From: Octopus sinensis
Lineage: Eukaryota
Length of the DNA: 31,045 bases
Assembly: GCF_006345805.1 (NCBI RefSeq)
Contig: NW_021832315.1
Span: 1 to 31,045 of the forward strand
Direction of reading: 5' to 3'
Program-made: the position numbers and the translations under genes
Shown: in pieces, positions 1 through 9,487 of the stretch
Numbering within the stretch: position 1 is the stretch's first letter
Layout: each line of letters starts with the position of its first letter
Notes under the pieces: generated by a model
What the model saw: only the letters and a program-made list of their open reading frames with translations
Database searches by the model: none
Told to the model about the DNA's origin: nothing

Positions 1-94
1 AGGAAAGAAACAAAGAGAATATAATATATAATATTTATATATATATATAATTCTGTGTGTGTGTCTGTGTGTGTTTGTGGTGTGCATATAGTGT

Positions 95-305
95 CTTTGT
101 ATTCTTGCATGTTTCTCTGCCACCACGTGACAACCGGTGTTGGCGTGTTTTCGGCCTCTTAAAGTAGAGGTTTCGTGTAACGTTGCCGATAGAATGAGTA
201 CCAGGTTTAAAAAGATATACATGCTGGGTTTGATTCATTCGAATAGAAATTCTGATAGGCGGTTCCCCAGCAGTCTAATAGCTGAAACAAGTAAAGGATA
301 AAAGA
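95..305 (+). mobile_element. Degenerate 3' half of a SINE-A-related element
   Basis: Diverged matches to the SINE-A 3' half: gacaaccggtgttggcgtgttt, gatagaatgagtacc, and ctgaaacaagtaaaggataaaag. Confidence 0.5.
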
Positions 306-395
306 TTTTTAAAAATACATTTAGAAATTTAGAGGAATATCAACTTCGCTATACAAATTCCAAACGAGAGACTCTCAATGTGGTAACTCATTCTA

Positions 396-957
396 TTGGG
401 TTTTCCGGAAAGTTCGTGCTGATTTATTGTAGCTTATATTTCGACTTATTTTAGAACATGGTTGAGTCATAAAATAGGATTTGCCTGCACCTCCATTTAG
501 AGCACAGTTTAAGTTATCTTTTCGTGGGAAGAAGGTTTATGTTCCTGTAACCTGTGTTAATTCTGTAACCTTTAAAATGGAAGGTAAGAGAAAGTTCATT
601 TTCGGCACTTGATGCTTTAGGAACCAGACAAAAAATTGTTGCAGCTCGGCTGGGATGTGTTACCCCACTCTCCATCCATTCACCAGATTTGCTCTTCGGA
701 TTTCCACTTATTCAGGTCTCTGCAGAATAGTCTTAAGTAAAAATTTCAATTCCTTGGATGATGTAAAAAGATACCTTGATGAATTCTTTGCCATGAACCA
801 CCTCAATTCTGGGAAGAGGCTATTTTCAAGTTAAAGGAAAGATGGAGACGCATTGTGCAACCAAAATGGTTCATATTTGGTTATTAAAAATGTAATGGCA
901 ACATTTATTGACCTTTTTCTTGTTTAAAACTCGGCACGAACTTTTCTGACAACCCAA
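396..957 (+). mobile_element. Internally deleted mariner transposon (non-autonomous)
   Basis: ~30-bp TIRs (ttgggttttccggaaagttcgtgctgattt; reverse complement of the right end ttgggttgtcagaaaagttcgtgccgagtt), with TA on both sides (394-395, 958-959). ATG at 577 gives a frameshifted MEG.KVHFRHLML that joins directly to TRQKLLQLGWDVLPH, a frameshifted SPDLAPSDFHLFRSLQNSL-like motif, and LDDVKRYLDEFFAM..KLKERWRRIV. Confidence 0.85.
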
Positions 958-970
958 TACTAGAAATAGT

Positions 971-1173
971 GGCGAAATGCTTAGTGGTATTTCGTCTGTC
1001 GTTACGTTCTGAGTTCAAATTCCGCCGAGGTCGACTTTGCCTTTCATCCTTTCGGGGTCGATTAAATAAGTACCAGTTACGCACTGGGGTCGATATAATC
1101 GACTTAATCCCTTCGTCTGTCCTTGTTTGTCCCCTCTGTGTTTAGCCCCTTGTGGGTAGTAAAGAAAAAAAAA
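971..1173 (+). mobile_element. SINE-B (tRNA-derived), 5'-truncated, tail type B1
   Basis: B-box-like gagttcaaattcc, core gcctttcatcctttcggggtcgat, tail gtttagccccttgtgggtagtaaaga plus an A run. Confidence 0.9.
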
Positions 1174-1283
1174 TACTAGAATATCACCTTCAAACGTCTT
1201 AAATAGGGAGAGAACAGATTAGATAATACGATAAGTTATTTACGGAACACCACTCCCTATTACATTAAAGGTTTCAGAATGTC

Positions 1284-1290
1284 TGTGTGT

Positions 1291-1339
<49 letters not shown>

Positions 1340-1341
1340 TG

Positions 1342-1373
<32 letters not shown>

Positions 1374-1384
1374 TGTGTGTGTGT
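1284..1384. repeat. (GT)n/(GCGT)n microsatellite
   Basis: Read directly from the sequence. Confidence 0.95.
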
Positions 1385-1387
1385 ATA

Positions 1388-1756
1388 AATTGTGTTGATA
1401 AAAGAGTGCACCGTTTTTTAAGTAAAATTCAAAACAAATATTTAGTCCTTTGTAAATACCTTTATTCAACCTCATGCCCCCTTTTCTTCCGCACCTTTCA
1501 CCATCTTTGAAGCTGATTCTTGATCCCATCCTCCCAGAACTTGGCATTTTTCTGGGTCATGAACTGGTCCAAGTGGTTTGTACAGTTTCCAAAAAAGTTA
1601 GGTTCTCATTGGGAGAATTCTGTAGGGGTCAAAATAAATGGCAGTGAGAAAGTGAAATGTCAGTGAGTTTGTTGGGTGTGGTAGAATATTCCTACCAATT
1701 ATTGCCAGGTCTGCAAAGGAAATATGAGGTTTAGAGTTGATTTGAAAGTAAACAGC
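1388..1756 (-). mobile_element. Second mariner remnant (3' third of the transposase plus a TIR-like end)
   Basis: Frameshifted minus-strand translation VYFQINSKPH..GRNILPHPTNS/DISLSHCHLF*PLQNSPNE/TNHLDQFMTQKNAKFWEDGI..QRW parallels the mariner FHQDNARPH..LPHPPYSPD..HLFRSLQN..FW..GI..L..RW motifs. TIR-like sequence lies near 1388-1420. Confidence 0.75.
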
Positions 1757-2311
1757 AACCGAGATGAAGTCAGAGATGTTAAAAGTACCGTCGAGGCTTC
1801 TTTCAAAATTAGCGGATGGTTTCCAGAAGCAGAGGGGAGTTCTGTTTGGTTTTGGAAACATCATCAAAGAGTCTCTCCATGCGCCGACGTGCATGGACTT
1901 AGCCAAACTAGAGAGAGCTCCATTCACAATCTCGACGTAAACCGTAGCGCAGGATTCATTAACTATGGTTGAGTCGTCTTGGTGCCAAGCATCACTCAAA
2001 TTAGCATCATCTTCCCAAGTTAAATCCAAGTCGGCTGATCTGATTGAACGTGGAGAGTCCGAGCATGGAGGCAACATATCAAACTCACCAAAACATGAGG
2101 GCGAGTGCCTGACATCATTAACTGCCAGCAGCAGTTAATTGCAGAGGGACTGGAGAAGAAGAAGAAGGAAATGATCAACATTGCAGTGGATAGACGACGA
2201 ACAGCCGACATGGATATTTTGAAACGTTATGGTGGATCGTTTACTAACAGCACTGAGGTAGATGCCTAAAAAGGAAATTTTCCGGTTAGTAATTTCCAAA
2301 TATCATTTGCC
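1757..2311 (+). pseudogene. Frameshifted fragment of an unclassified transposase-like protein
   Basis: Stitched across frames: LSKLADGFQKQRGVLFGFG..KLERAP/IHNLDVNRSAGFINY/LSRLGAK/LKLASSSQVKSKSADLIE../QQQLIAEGLEKKKKEMINIAVDRRRTADMDILKRYGGSFTNSTEVDA/KKEIFRL. The family resemblance (QRGAIFGFG, HNL..ERSVG.INYE, GPFT...EV) comes from memory, not a search. Confidence 0.5.
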
Positions 2312-3150
2312 ATGCGAAAGGCTTGTTTGAAATGTTTAACGCTTGTGTTTGCACATCATAAAATTACTAGGGAAGCGACCAGAGTCGCTACAGAGGCTGC
2401 TACTTATTATTTTAAGCAGTGGAATAAAACTATTGCTGAAGGGAGTTACACACCTAAACAAGTGTACAATGCTCATGAAATTGCTCTTCTATGGAAGTGC
2501 TTGCTTGCAAGAACTTTATTTCTCAAGTAGAAAAATCAACATCAGGATTTAATGCTTCCAAACATCATCTGACGTTTCTTCTGGAAGATAGAGCCGCAAA
2601 TAATATGAAATTAAAGCTCCTATATTTATATAAGGAGAGTGAATGCCGCTGATGAAATGAAATTAAGACCCCTTCGCGTATATCTATTTCTGTACTACCC
2701 ACAAGGGGCTAAACACAGAGAGGACAAACAAGGACAGACAAAGGGATTAAGTCGATTACATCGACCCCAGTGCGTAACTGGTACGTATTTAATCGACCCC
2801 GAAAGGATGAAAGGCAAAGTCGACCTCGGCAGAATTTGAACTCAGAACGTAACGGCAGACGAAATACGGCTACGCATTTCGTCCGGCGTGCTAACGATTC
2901 TGCCAGCTCGCCACCCCCTTCACGTATATCATAGCGGAAGTTCGAAGGCATTCGAGGATTACGCAAAGTTTAATCTTACCTCTGGTTTGATGTTCAAAAA
3001 CGCAAGCATGGAAGATAAAAAGGAAATTTTTCGGTTAGTAATTTCCAAATATTCTTTGCCCTTGCCATACCATACGAAAGGAATAGCACTTATAGGAAAT
3101 GGTTTACAAGTTCTTGCTGGTAATGATTCTAATTGTGAACGTAGCATGAA
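2305..3150 (+). mobile_element. Tigger/pogo-family transposase remnant, interrupted by SINE-B
   Basis: AKGLFEMF; IAEGSYTPKQVYNAHEIALLWKCLLART; ISQVEKSTSGFNASKHHLTFLL; VNAADEMKLRPL|SINE|HVYHSGSSKAFEDYAK; NDSNCERSMKI. These parallel Tigger1 GWF.RFK, GGYT.QQIFNVDET.FYWKKMPSRT, EKSMPGFKASKDRLTLLL, NAAGDFKLKPMLIYHSENP and DSNFERS. Confidence 0.8.
2685..2914 (-). mobile_element. Full-length SINE-B monomer with a 16-bp TSD
   Basis: TSD ccccttc(g/a)cgtatatc at 2669-2684 and 2915-2930. Complete head (ggtggcgagctggcagaatcgttagc) and B1 tail. Confidence 0.92.
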
Positions 3151-3259
3151 AATTGGAGTGGATGAATGGGCTGAGAGGGGAAAAAGGTGGTGGATTGAAA
3201 AGGTTAAACGGGCTGGATTTGTAGTACGGTGAGGATGGGAATATCTTTGAGGTTGGTAG

Positions 3260-4689
3260 TTTAAATTGTTTGATATGTTGGTAAAGTCTGAATTCTTATG
3301 ATAAGTGTATTCACTGTAAGGTAAATATGTTTAACTTTTCTTTTAAACAGATGTTGTATCTATTGCTTCATCTATTTGTTAGTTTCTGTGATAATGCTCC
3401 AGTTGCGATTCGTGCAAAACCATATAAACTTAGAAAGTGGCGTAGCATTACTTTATTTTTTTGTCTCTGAAAGGAGCGCTATGCTGTATGTAAGGCGGCG
3501 AGCTGGCAGAAACGTTAGCAAGCCGAGCGAAATGCTTAACGGCATTTCGTCTGCCGTTACGTTCTGAGTTCAAATTCCGCCGAGGTCGACTTTGCCTTTC
3601 ATCCTTTCGGGGTCGATAAATTAAGCACTAGTTACGCACTGTGGTCGATGAAATCGATTTAATACCTATGTCTGTTCTTGTTTGTCCCCTCTATGTTTAG
3701 CCCCTTGTGGGTAATAAAGAAATAGGTATTTCGTCTGCCGCTAAGTTCTGAGTTCAAATTCCGCCGAGGTCGACTTTGCCTTTCATCCTTTCGGGGTCGA
3801 TACATTAAGTACCAGTTACGCACTGTGTTCAAATTCTGCCGAGGTTGACTTTGCCTTTCATCCTATCGGGATCGATTAAATAAGTACCAGTTACGCACTG
3901 CGGTCGATATAATCGACTTAATCTGTGTGTCTGTCCTTGTTTGTTCCCTCTGTGTTTAGCCACCTGTGGGTAGTAAAGAAATAGGTATGCTGTATGTATC
4001 GAACCTTGAATATGCTACCTATGAGTTTGATATACGCCTTTACTGATTCATCTGAATTAGGCGCCAAAATTCGACCCTTCTCTTGTATTTGTAGTGTGGA
4101 GTACAGATTTTGGTGGATTTATAGTTGCATAGTTGTTGAGAAGCATTATTTTGGCTATTTTCGGGGAGTTTTTTATGATTAAGGAGGATTTGTGAATTTA
4201 TGTTTGGAAGGCAAATCAAGCTAATCTTTATCAATGTTTCTATAAAATATTCCATGAAATTATCTGATCGTGAAAAGTGATTGTCTGGCAAAATATGTTT
4301 CCACCTTCAAGATATACGGTCGATTAAACCACAGGATTTTTCTAAGCTTATGTCTTTTGTATTTTATTGCGGTGGGTTAGCTATAACTGATGTTCCCACT
4401 GAATTTTTACCTCGTTAGTGCGTTGCTGTAGTGCAGAACAGCTCTATCGAATGTTACATCATAAGAAGGAAGGCGAGAGATGCTCTTACAAATGTTGAGT
4501 TCGGATAACTGATGGTGGACGATTAATGTACGAGGTTATTTCAGTTGGCTTCTGAAAGGAGCGGGATTTATCTGTCTTAAGGTACATGTTAATATCCAAA
4601 TAACTGACAATATTGAGGTTGGTGTTGACTGTTAATATTAGACTAAACTGTTTGAATATCCTAATTGTTATTTTCTTAATGATATCCAT
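3260..4689 (-). mobile_element. Penelope-like retroelement fragment (RT C-terminus, linker and GIY-YIG endonuclease), interrupted by a SINE-B trimer
   Basis: IKKITIRIFKQFSLILTVNTNLNIVSYLDINMYL..KPTE; SISRLPSY..FDRA..YSNAL; RKILWFN.PY; KISLICLPNINSQI; KAYIKLIGSIFKVRY|SINE|QHSAPFRDKK.SNATPLSKFIW; YNICLKEKLNI. These follow the Penelope-like motif order. Many stops and frameshifts. Confidence 0.8.
3493..3985 (+). mobile_element. SINE-B trimer (one full and two partial units) inside one 13-bp TSD
   Basis: TSD tatgctgtatgta at 3480-3492 and 3986-3998. Three copies of the ttcaaattc..gcctttcatcc core. Confidence 0.9.
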
Positions 4690-4702
4690 ACTGCATCAAT
4701 AT

Positions 4703-4774
4703 AAGTGTGCATGTGTATGTATGTATGTATGTATGTATGTATGTATGTATGTATGTATGTATGTATGTATGTAT
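4703..4774. repeat. (TATG)n microsatellite
   Basis: Read directly from the sequence. Confidence 0.95.
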
Positions 4775-4789
4775 CTATAAACATAAATA

Positions 4790-5187
4790 GGCGCAGGAGT
4801 GGCTGTGTGGTAAGTAGCTTGTTTACAAACCACATGGTTCCGGGTTCAGTCCCACTGCGTGGCATCTTGGGCAAGTGTCTTCTGCTATAGCCTCGGACCA
4901 ACCAAAGCCTTGTGAGTGGATTTAGTAGACGGAAACTGAAAGAAGCCCGTCGTATGTATATATGTATATATATATATACGTGTGTATGTTTGTATGTTTG
5001 TCCCCCTAGCATTGCTTGACAACCGATGCTGGCGTGTTTATGTCCCCGTTACCTAGCGGTTCGGCAAAAGAAACCGATAGTATAAGTACTGGGCTTACAA
5101 AAGAATAAGTCCTGGGGTCGAGTTGCTCGATTAAAGGCGGTGCTCAAGCATGGCCGCAGTCAAATGACTGAAACAAGTAATAAAGAG
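4790..5187 (+). mobile_element. SINE-A, full length (tRNA head, central domain, internal microsatellite, 3' half, purine-rich tail)
   Basis: Head ggcgcaggagtggctgtgtggtaag (A-box-like), ggttcagtccc (B-box-like), ttgggcaagtgtcttct; tail ctgaaacaagtaa..agag. Near-identical copies occur elsewhere in the window. Confidence 0.93.
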
Positions 5188-5204
5188 AAAAAAAAGATAC
5201 ATAC

Positions 5205-5300
5205 ATATAAGACGGGCTTTCGTACAGTTTCTATTTTGCAAATTCACAAAGAAATCGTTGGTTGGTCTAGGGCTGTAGTAAAAGATGCTTGGCCAAGATG
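5205..5300 (-). mobile_element. Degenerate SINE-A central-domain fragment
   Basis: gacgggctttc..cagtttc..caaattcac..agggct.tagt..aagatgcttg.ccaag is a diverged reverse-complement match to SINE-A. Confidence 0.45.
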
Positions 5301-5308
5301 ATTTTCCT

Positions 5309-5311
5309 ACA

Positions 5312-5358
<47 letters not shown>

Positions 5359-5405
5359 CGAAAACACATATACACACATGCGCGTACACACAGACACACA
5401 CACAC
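5309..5405. repeat. (CA)n microsatellite
   Basis: Read directly from the sequence. Confidence 0.95.
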
Positions 5406-6232
5406 AGAGAAAAAAAAGCAGTTGTGTATTCCATCGTGGGTCTTCACTAAACTTTCTCAATTACCTGTCACCTTTACTCGGTGCATATTTTAAGAGAGAA
5501 AACAGAATGCAGTTAATTTGACATTTTACAGCAAACTAAATAGCCTCTTGAGTTGAGAGAAAACGAGAGAAAAAACACAAGTATTGATTGATTTCCTGTA
5601 AATACCATTGAAACAAATGAGAGAAGCAAGATTGTTTTCCATTTGTTTTTTTCACTGGTTTTGGCATGGAAGGAGAGGAGTGATGTACATCCGATATGTA
5701 TTGTCATTACTGTTATGATATATACGAAATAACATAAGCGCTTCTTTCATATACTTTTTCCTTTCAATTGCTCGATTTTTCCGTCTGTCTCTCCATAGTT
5801 TTTTATTCCATTTTTATTCCTTCTTCTAAAACCGCACTTTTATTTCGTCTTTCAACTCTTCCCTTTTCTCTTGCTGCAACGGCTGCAAACACAAGTTGTA
5901 ATACCACAGCCAATTCGGGGGAGCATTTTACTCAGACAGTCACACTGCTGGAAATAGTAACCAAATCACATTCATAAAATTTGATCCCATATTCAACCGA
6001 AATAAAGCCACAGGTAACCAGATATTTGCATTAAGGTATAAAAGTTACTTCTCTACGGACTAAAGCTGAGATAAGCAAAATTCGTGGAGGGCGGCAGCTT
6101 GAAGGCCTTTGTTCATGAGACCTCTGCAAAATAATTCTATTATACCACCCGCTTTGTGAAGGAAATTGATAGACGGAAACTGAAAGATGTCTGACGTATA
6201 TGTATATATATGTGTTATATATATATATATAT

Positions 6233-6649
6233 ACTCTTTTACTCTTTTACTTGTTTCAGTAATTTGACTGCGGCCATGCTGGAAGCACCGCCTTTAGTCG
6301 AGCAAATCGACCCCGGGACTTATTCTTTGTAAGCCAGCAGTACTTATTCTATCAGTCTCTTTTGCCGAACCGCTAAGTGACGGGGACGTAAACACACCAG
6401 CATCGGTTGTCAAACAATGCTAGGGGGACAAACACAGACACCAAACACAACACACCACATACATATATATATATAACATATATACGACAGGCTTCTTTCA
6501 GTTTCCGTCTACCAAATCCACTCACAAGGCATTGGTCGGCCCGGGGCTGGCATAGCAGAAGACACTTGCCCAAGATGCCACACAGTGGGACTGAACCCGG
6601 AACCATGTGGTTGGTTAGCAAGCTACTTACCACACAGCCACTCCTGCGC
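6233..6649 (-). mobile_element. SINE-A, full length
   Basis: Reverse complement of the 4790 copy, running from the tail (actctttt)n to ..cacacagccactcctgcgc. Confidence 0.93.
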
Positions 6650-7198
6650 GTATATATGCATATTATTATATAATATATCATAATATATATATATATGAAA
6701 GAAGGTTTGAAAATGCAATTTTAAAAGATGTTTATTCACTTGACCGGTTTCACTTTCTTAGAAAAAAATTGTCAAAAGTAACATGTAAAAGCTTTGTTGT
6801 GTAACTGGTTGTCACAAAATATTAATATATATATATATCTACAGATGGAGAAGGACATACTACCACCATGTTCTTAATGATGAAATTAACCTCTCTGTCT
6901 ATATATCTGCCCTCTTTGTAATATTGGCAAATAAAATAAGTATAAAAATATGCATTGTCCGTTTAATTAAAAAATTCTATATGTGGCTGAAGATTGCTCG
7001 ACATTTTAAAACTGATGTAATACTTACAGTGTTTAATAAAATGAAGTAGCATGAAACGATTGTACTACACTACTTTGGATATCCTTGTTGCTTATTTTGA
7101 TTATAATCACCCCATTTGATTTATATGGATAATACCATACCAAATTCTGGTGCCTTTAACTTAAGTACCATATTCATCTGAATCTAAATTTTGCTGAA

Positions 7199-7239
<41 letters not shown>

Positions 7240-7242
<3 letters not shown>

Positions 7243-8460
7243 TAATTCGTACATGTCAAAATTCTTTATTTATTTAATTTCTTATGAACATAAATGGGAT
7301 ATGCCAATACTACATTTGCATACACATGCATAAACTAAGAATATGCAAAAGAAACTAATAAATTATAGTAACTAAGGAATTTATATTCAATTATAAATAT
7401 TTACGGGTGAAAAGCGTATTCGTACAGAACATAAATAACCGATAATTCTGATTTAACACTTCGCAGCATAACCATTATTCAGTTCCACTTCAACCAATCT
7501 CTTCTTGTAGTTCTTAATCAATGATTCGCATGTTTCTTTAGGAACTTTTTCCCATTCTTCTTGACAAATTTTCTTCAAATCTGCAATGCACGTTGGGGCT
7601 CTTGAATGAATATTAATTTTCAAATAATGCCACAAATTTTCAATGGGGTTCAAGTCAGGTGACTGGCTTGCCCATTCTAATAATTTAATATTGTCATCGA
7701 CAATCTGTTTTTTGGTAGACTTCACCGTGTGCTTAGGGTCGTTATCCTGTTGTAAAACCACCCTTCACAAAGCGGGAGCTTTTCTACAGAGTCCCATAAA
7801 TCATTCTTCAAAATATTTGGTACATCTCTGCATTCATTCTACTATCTATCACATATAAATTGCAAATACCATTTTCAGAGAAACACCCCCACACAATGAT
7901 TTTGCCACCTCCAAACTTTACGGTAGGAATTGTGTTTTTCGGCGAATAGGCGGTACCATCTTTCCTCTGAACATGGCTACGCGAATTTCGTCCAAACAAT
8001 TTTCGACTCAATTCATTTTCCCAGAATGTATCAAATTTATCTTTATGTTCATAAACAAATTTTAAACGCGCATCTCTATGCCTTTTAGTCAACAGCAGAG
8101 TTTTGCTAGGTGAGCGTGACTTCAGTTCATTACTGATTGTTCATAGTGTAACGCTCGTCCCTGAAGCTAACAAATCTTGCAACTCCTTTCTGGAGATCAT
8201 ATGCGTTTTTTCCGATTCTTCGCTTCATTTTTCTTTAAGATCTAGGGGAAATCTTGCGTGGTGCACCGGATCTTATTCTGTTGCAAGAAGGTTGCAAGAC
8301 GCAACGAAAATTTTAGGAAAATAAAAGCAAGAAATAAGTGGAAATTTTACCAATGAGTGTGTTAAATTATAAGGCACAAAAAGAAAATGATTCTCCCCAG
8401 ACACAACAGAATATGCTTCAACACACGAACTAATATAAAGAATCTTGCAAACCAAATCCA
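7240..8460 (-). mobile_element. Tc1-family (DD34E) transposon remnant
   Basis: RSGAPRKISP; [11 protein letters not shown]; [17 protein letters not shown]; QQDNDPKH followed 34 residues later by E in SPDLNPIENLW. The first catalytic D (WSDE) is lost in a small deletion; stops and frameshifts are present. Possible IR/DR motifs tattcgtaca/aattcgtaca near 7245 and 7415. Boundaries are approximate. Confidence 0.9.
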
Positions 8461-8468
8461 AAAACGAA

Positions 8469-8499
<31 letters not shown>

Positions 8500-8516
8500 T
8501 GTATGTATGTATGTAT

Positions 8517-8547
<31 letters not shown>

Positions 8548-8711
8548 GGCGCAGGCATGGCTGTGTAGTAAGAAGCTTGCTTCTCAACCACATGATTCCT
8601 GATTCCGTCCCACTGCGCGGCCACCTCGGGTAAGTGTCTTCTACTGTAGCCTCGGGCCGACTAAAACCTCGTGAGTGGATTTGGTAGACGGAAACTAAAA
8701 GAATCTCGTCG

Positions 8712-8747
<36 letters not shown>

Positions 8748-8865
8748 GTGTGTGTGTGTGTACATGACTGCGCATGTGTGTGTCTAACAGAAGTTGATAC
8801 GTTTACCACTCCGTAACTTAACGGTTCAGCAAAACGAGACCGGTAGAATAAATACATGGCTTTAA
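8548..8865 (+). mobile_element. Diverged SINE-A lacking its tail
   Basis: ggcgcaggcatggctgtgtagtaag..gtaagtgtcttctac..ggtagacggaaac..acggttcagcaaaacgagaccggtagaataa. Confidence 0.85.
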
Positions 8866-8868
8866 AAG

Positions 8869-9487
8869 AAGGTATGAGATGAGAATTTATGGAAAAGTAA
8901 CCCATAGAAACTCAACAGACTGTTAAAGATGGAGAAGAGAATATGCTTAAAGTTTAAAAAAAGAATTTTGATACGTGCATACGATCGTTTCGAACATCAA
9001 TATTAACATGTAAGTAACATGGTAGGATAATTAGAAATTAATTTAAATTTAATTAATTAATTACATATTACTGTTATTTTCAAATAACCGTTAACCGCAT
9101 CGATTTTATTTCTTTCACAACTAGACTCAACAACGTTTTTTTTTTTTTTTGTATGCTCATGATCTTCCATAAGGATAAAATATCTATATCCGAATATGTT
9201 ATTTGCCACTTCATCCATCAAGTCTTATCTAACAATAATAATGATTTTCTGATGCATTCTTTTTCTGCACTGATGAGAATAATAATATGTAATTAATTAA
9301 TTTAACTTAATTTAATCAATTTCTAATTATTCTACTATGTTATTTAAATGTTAACATTGCTGTTCGAAACGAACTACGCATGTATTAAAATTCTTTTTTT
9401 TTAATTTTAACATCATCTCTTCTCCATCTTTAACAGACTGTTGAGTTTCTACGGGATATTTTTCCATAAATTCTCATCTCATTCCTT
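8869..9487. mobile_element. Long-arm inverted repeat (foldback/MITE-like)
   Basis: Arms ~8869-9070 and ~9283-9487 are reverse complements (e.g. gagatgagaatttatggaaaa, gaaactcaacag.ctgttaaagatggagaagag, taattaattacatatta), around a ~210-bp spacer. Confidence 0.8.

Noticed and set aside
1598-2077. 159-aa minus-strand ORF, the second-longest ORF in the supplied track
   Set aside because: It is chimeric: the C-terminal part is mariner debris, and the rest is antisense to a more convincing plus-strand pseudogene. It is kept only as a refutation test.
2888-3232. 114-aa plus-strand ORF
   Set aside because: It starts inside the antisense SINE-B head and runs through deleted Tigger fragments.
5760-5900. 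Possible minus-strand exon after ttgtgtttgcag (purine-rich, E/K-rich reading)
   Set aside because: All three frames stop within about 30 codons, no clear donor exists, and there is no recognisable motif.
7020-7195. Strong minus-strand donor CT|GTAAGTAT near 7030 with possible upstream acceptors
   Set aside because: No frame stays open from acceptor to donor.
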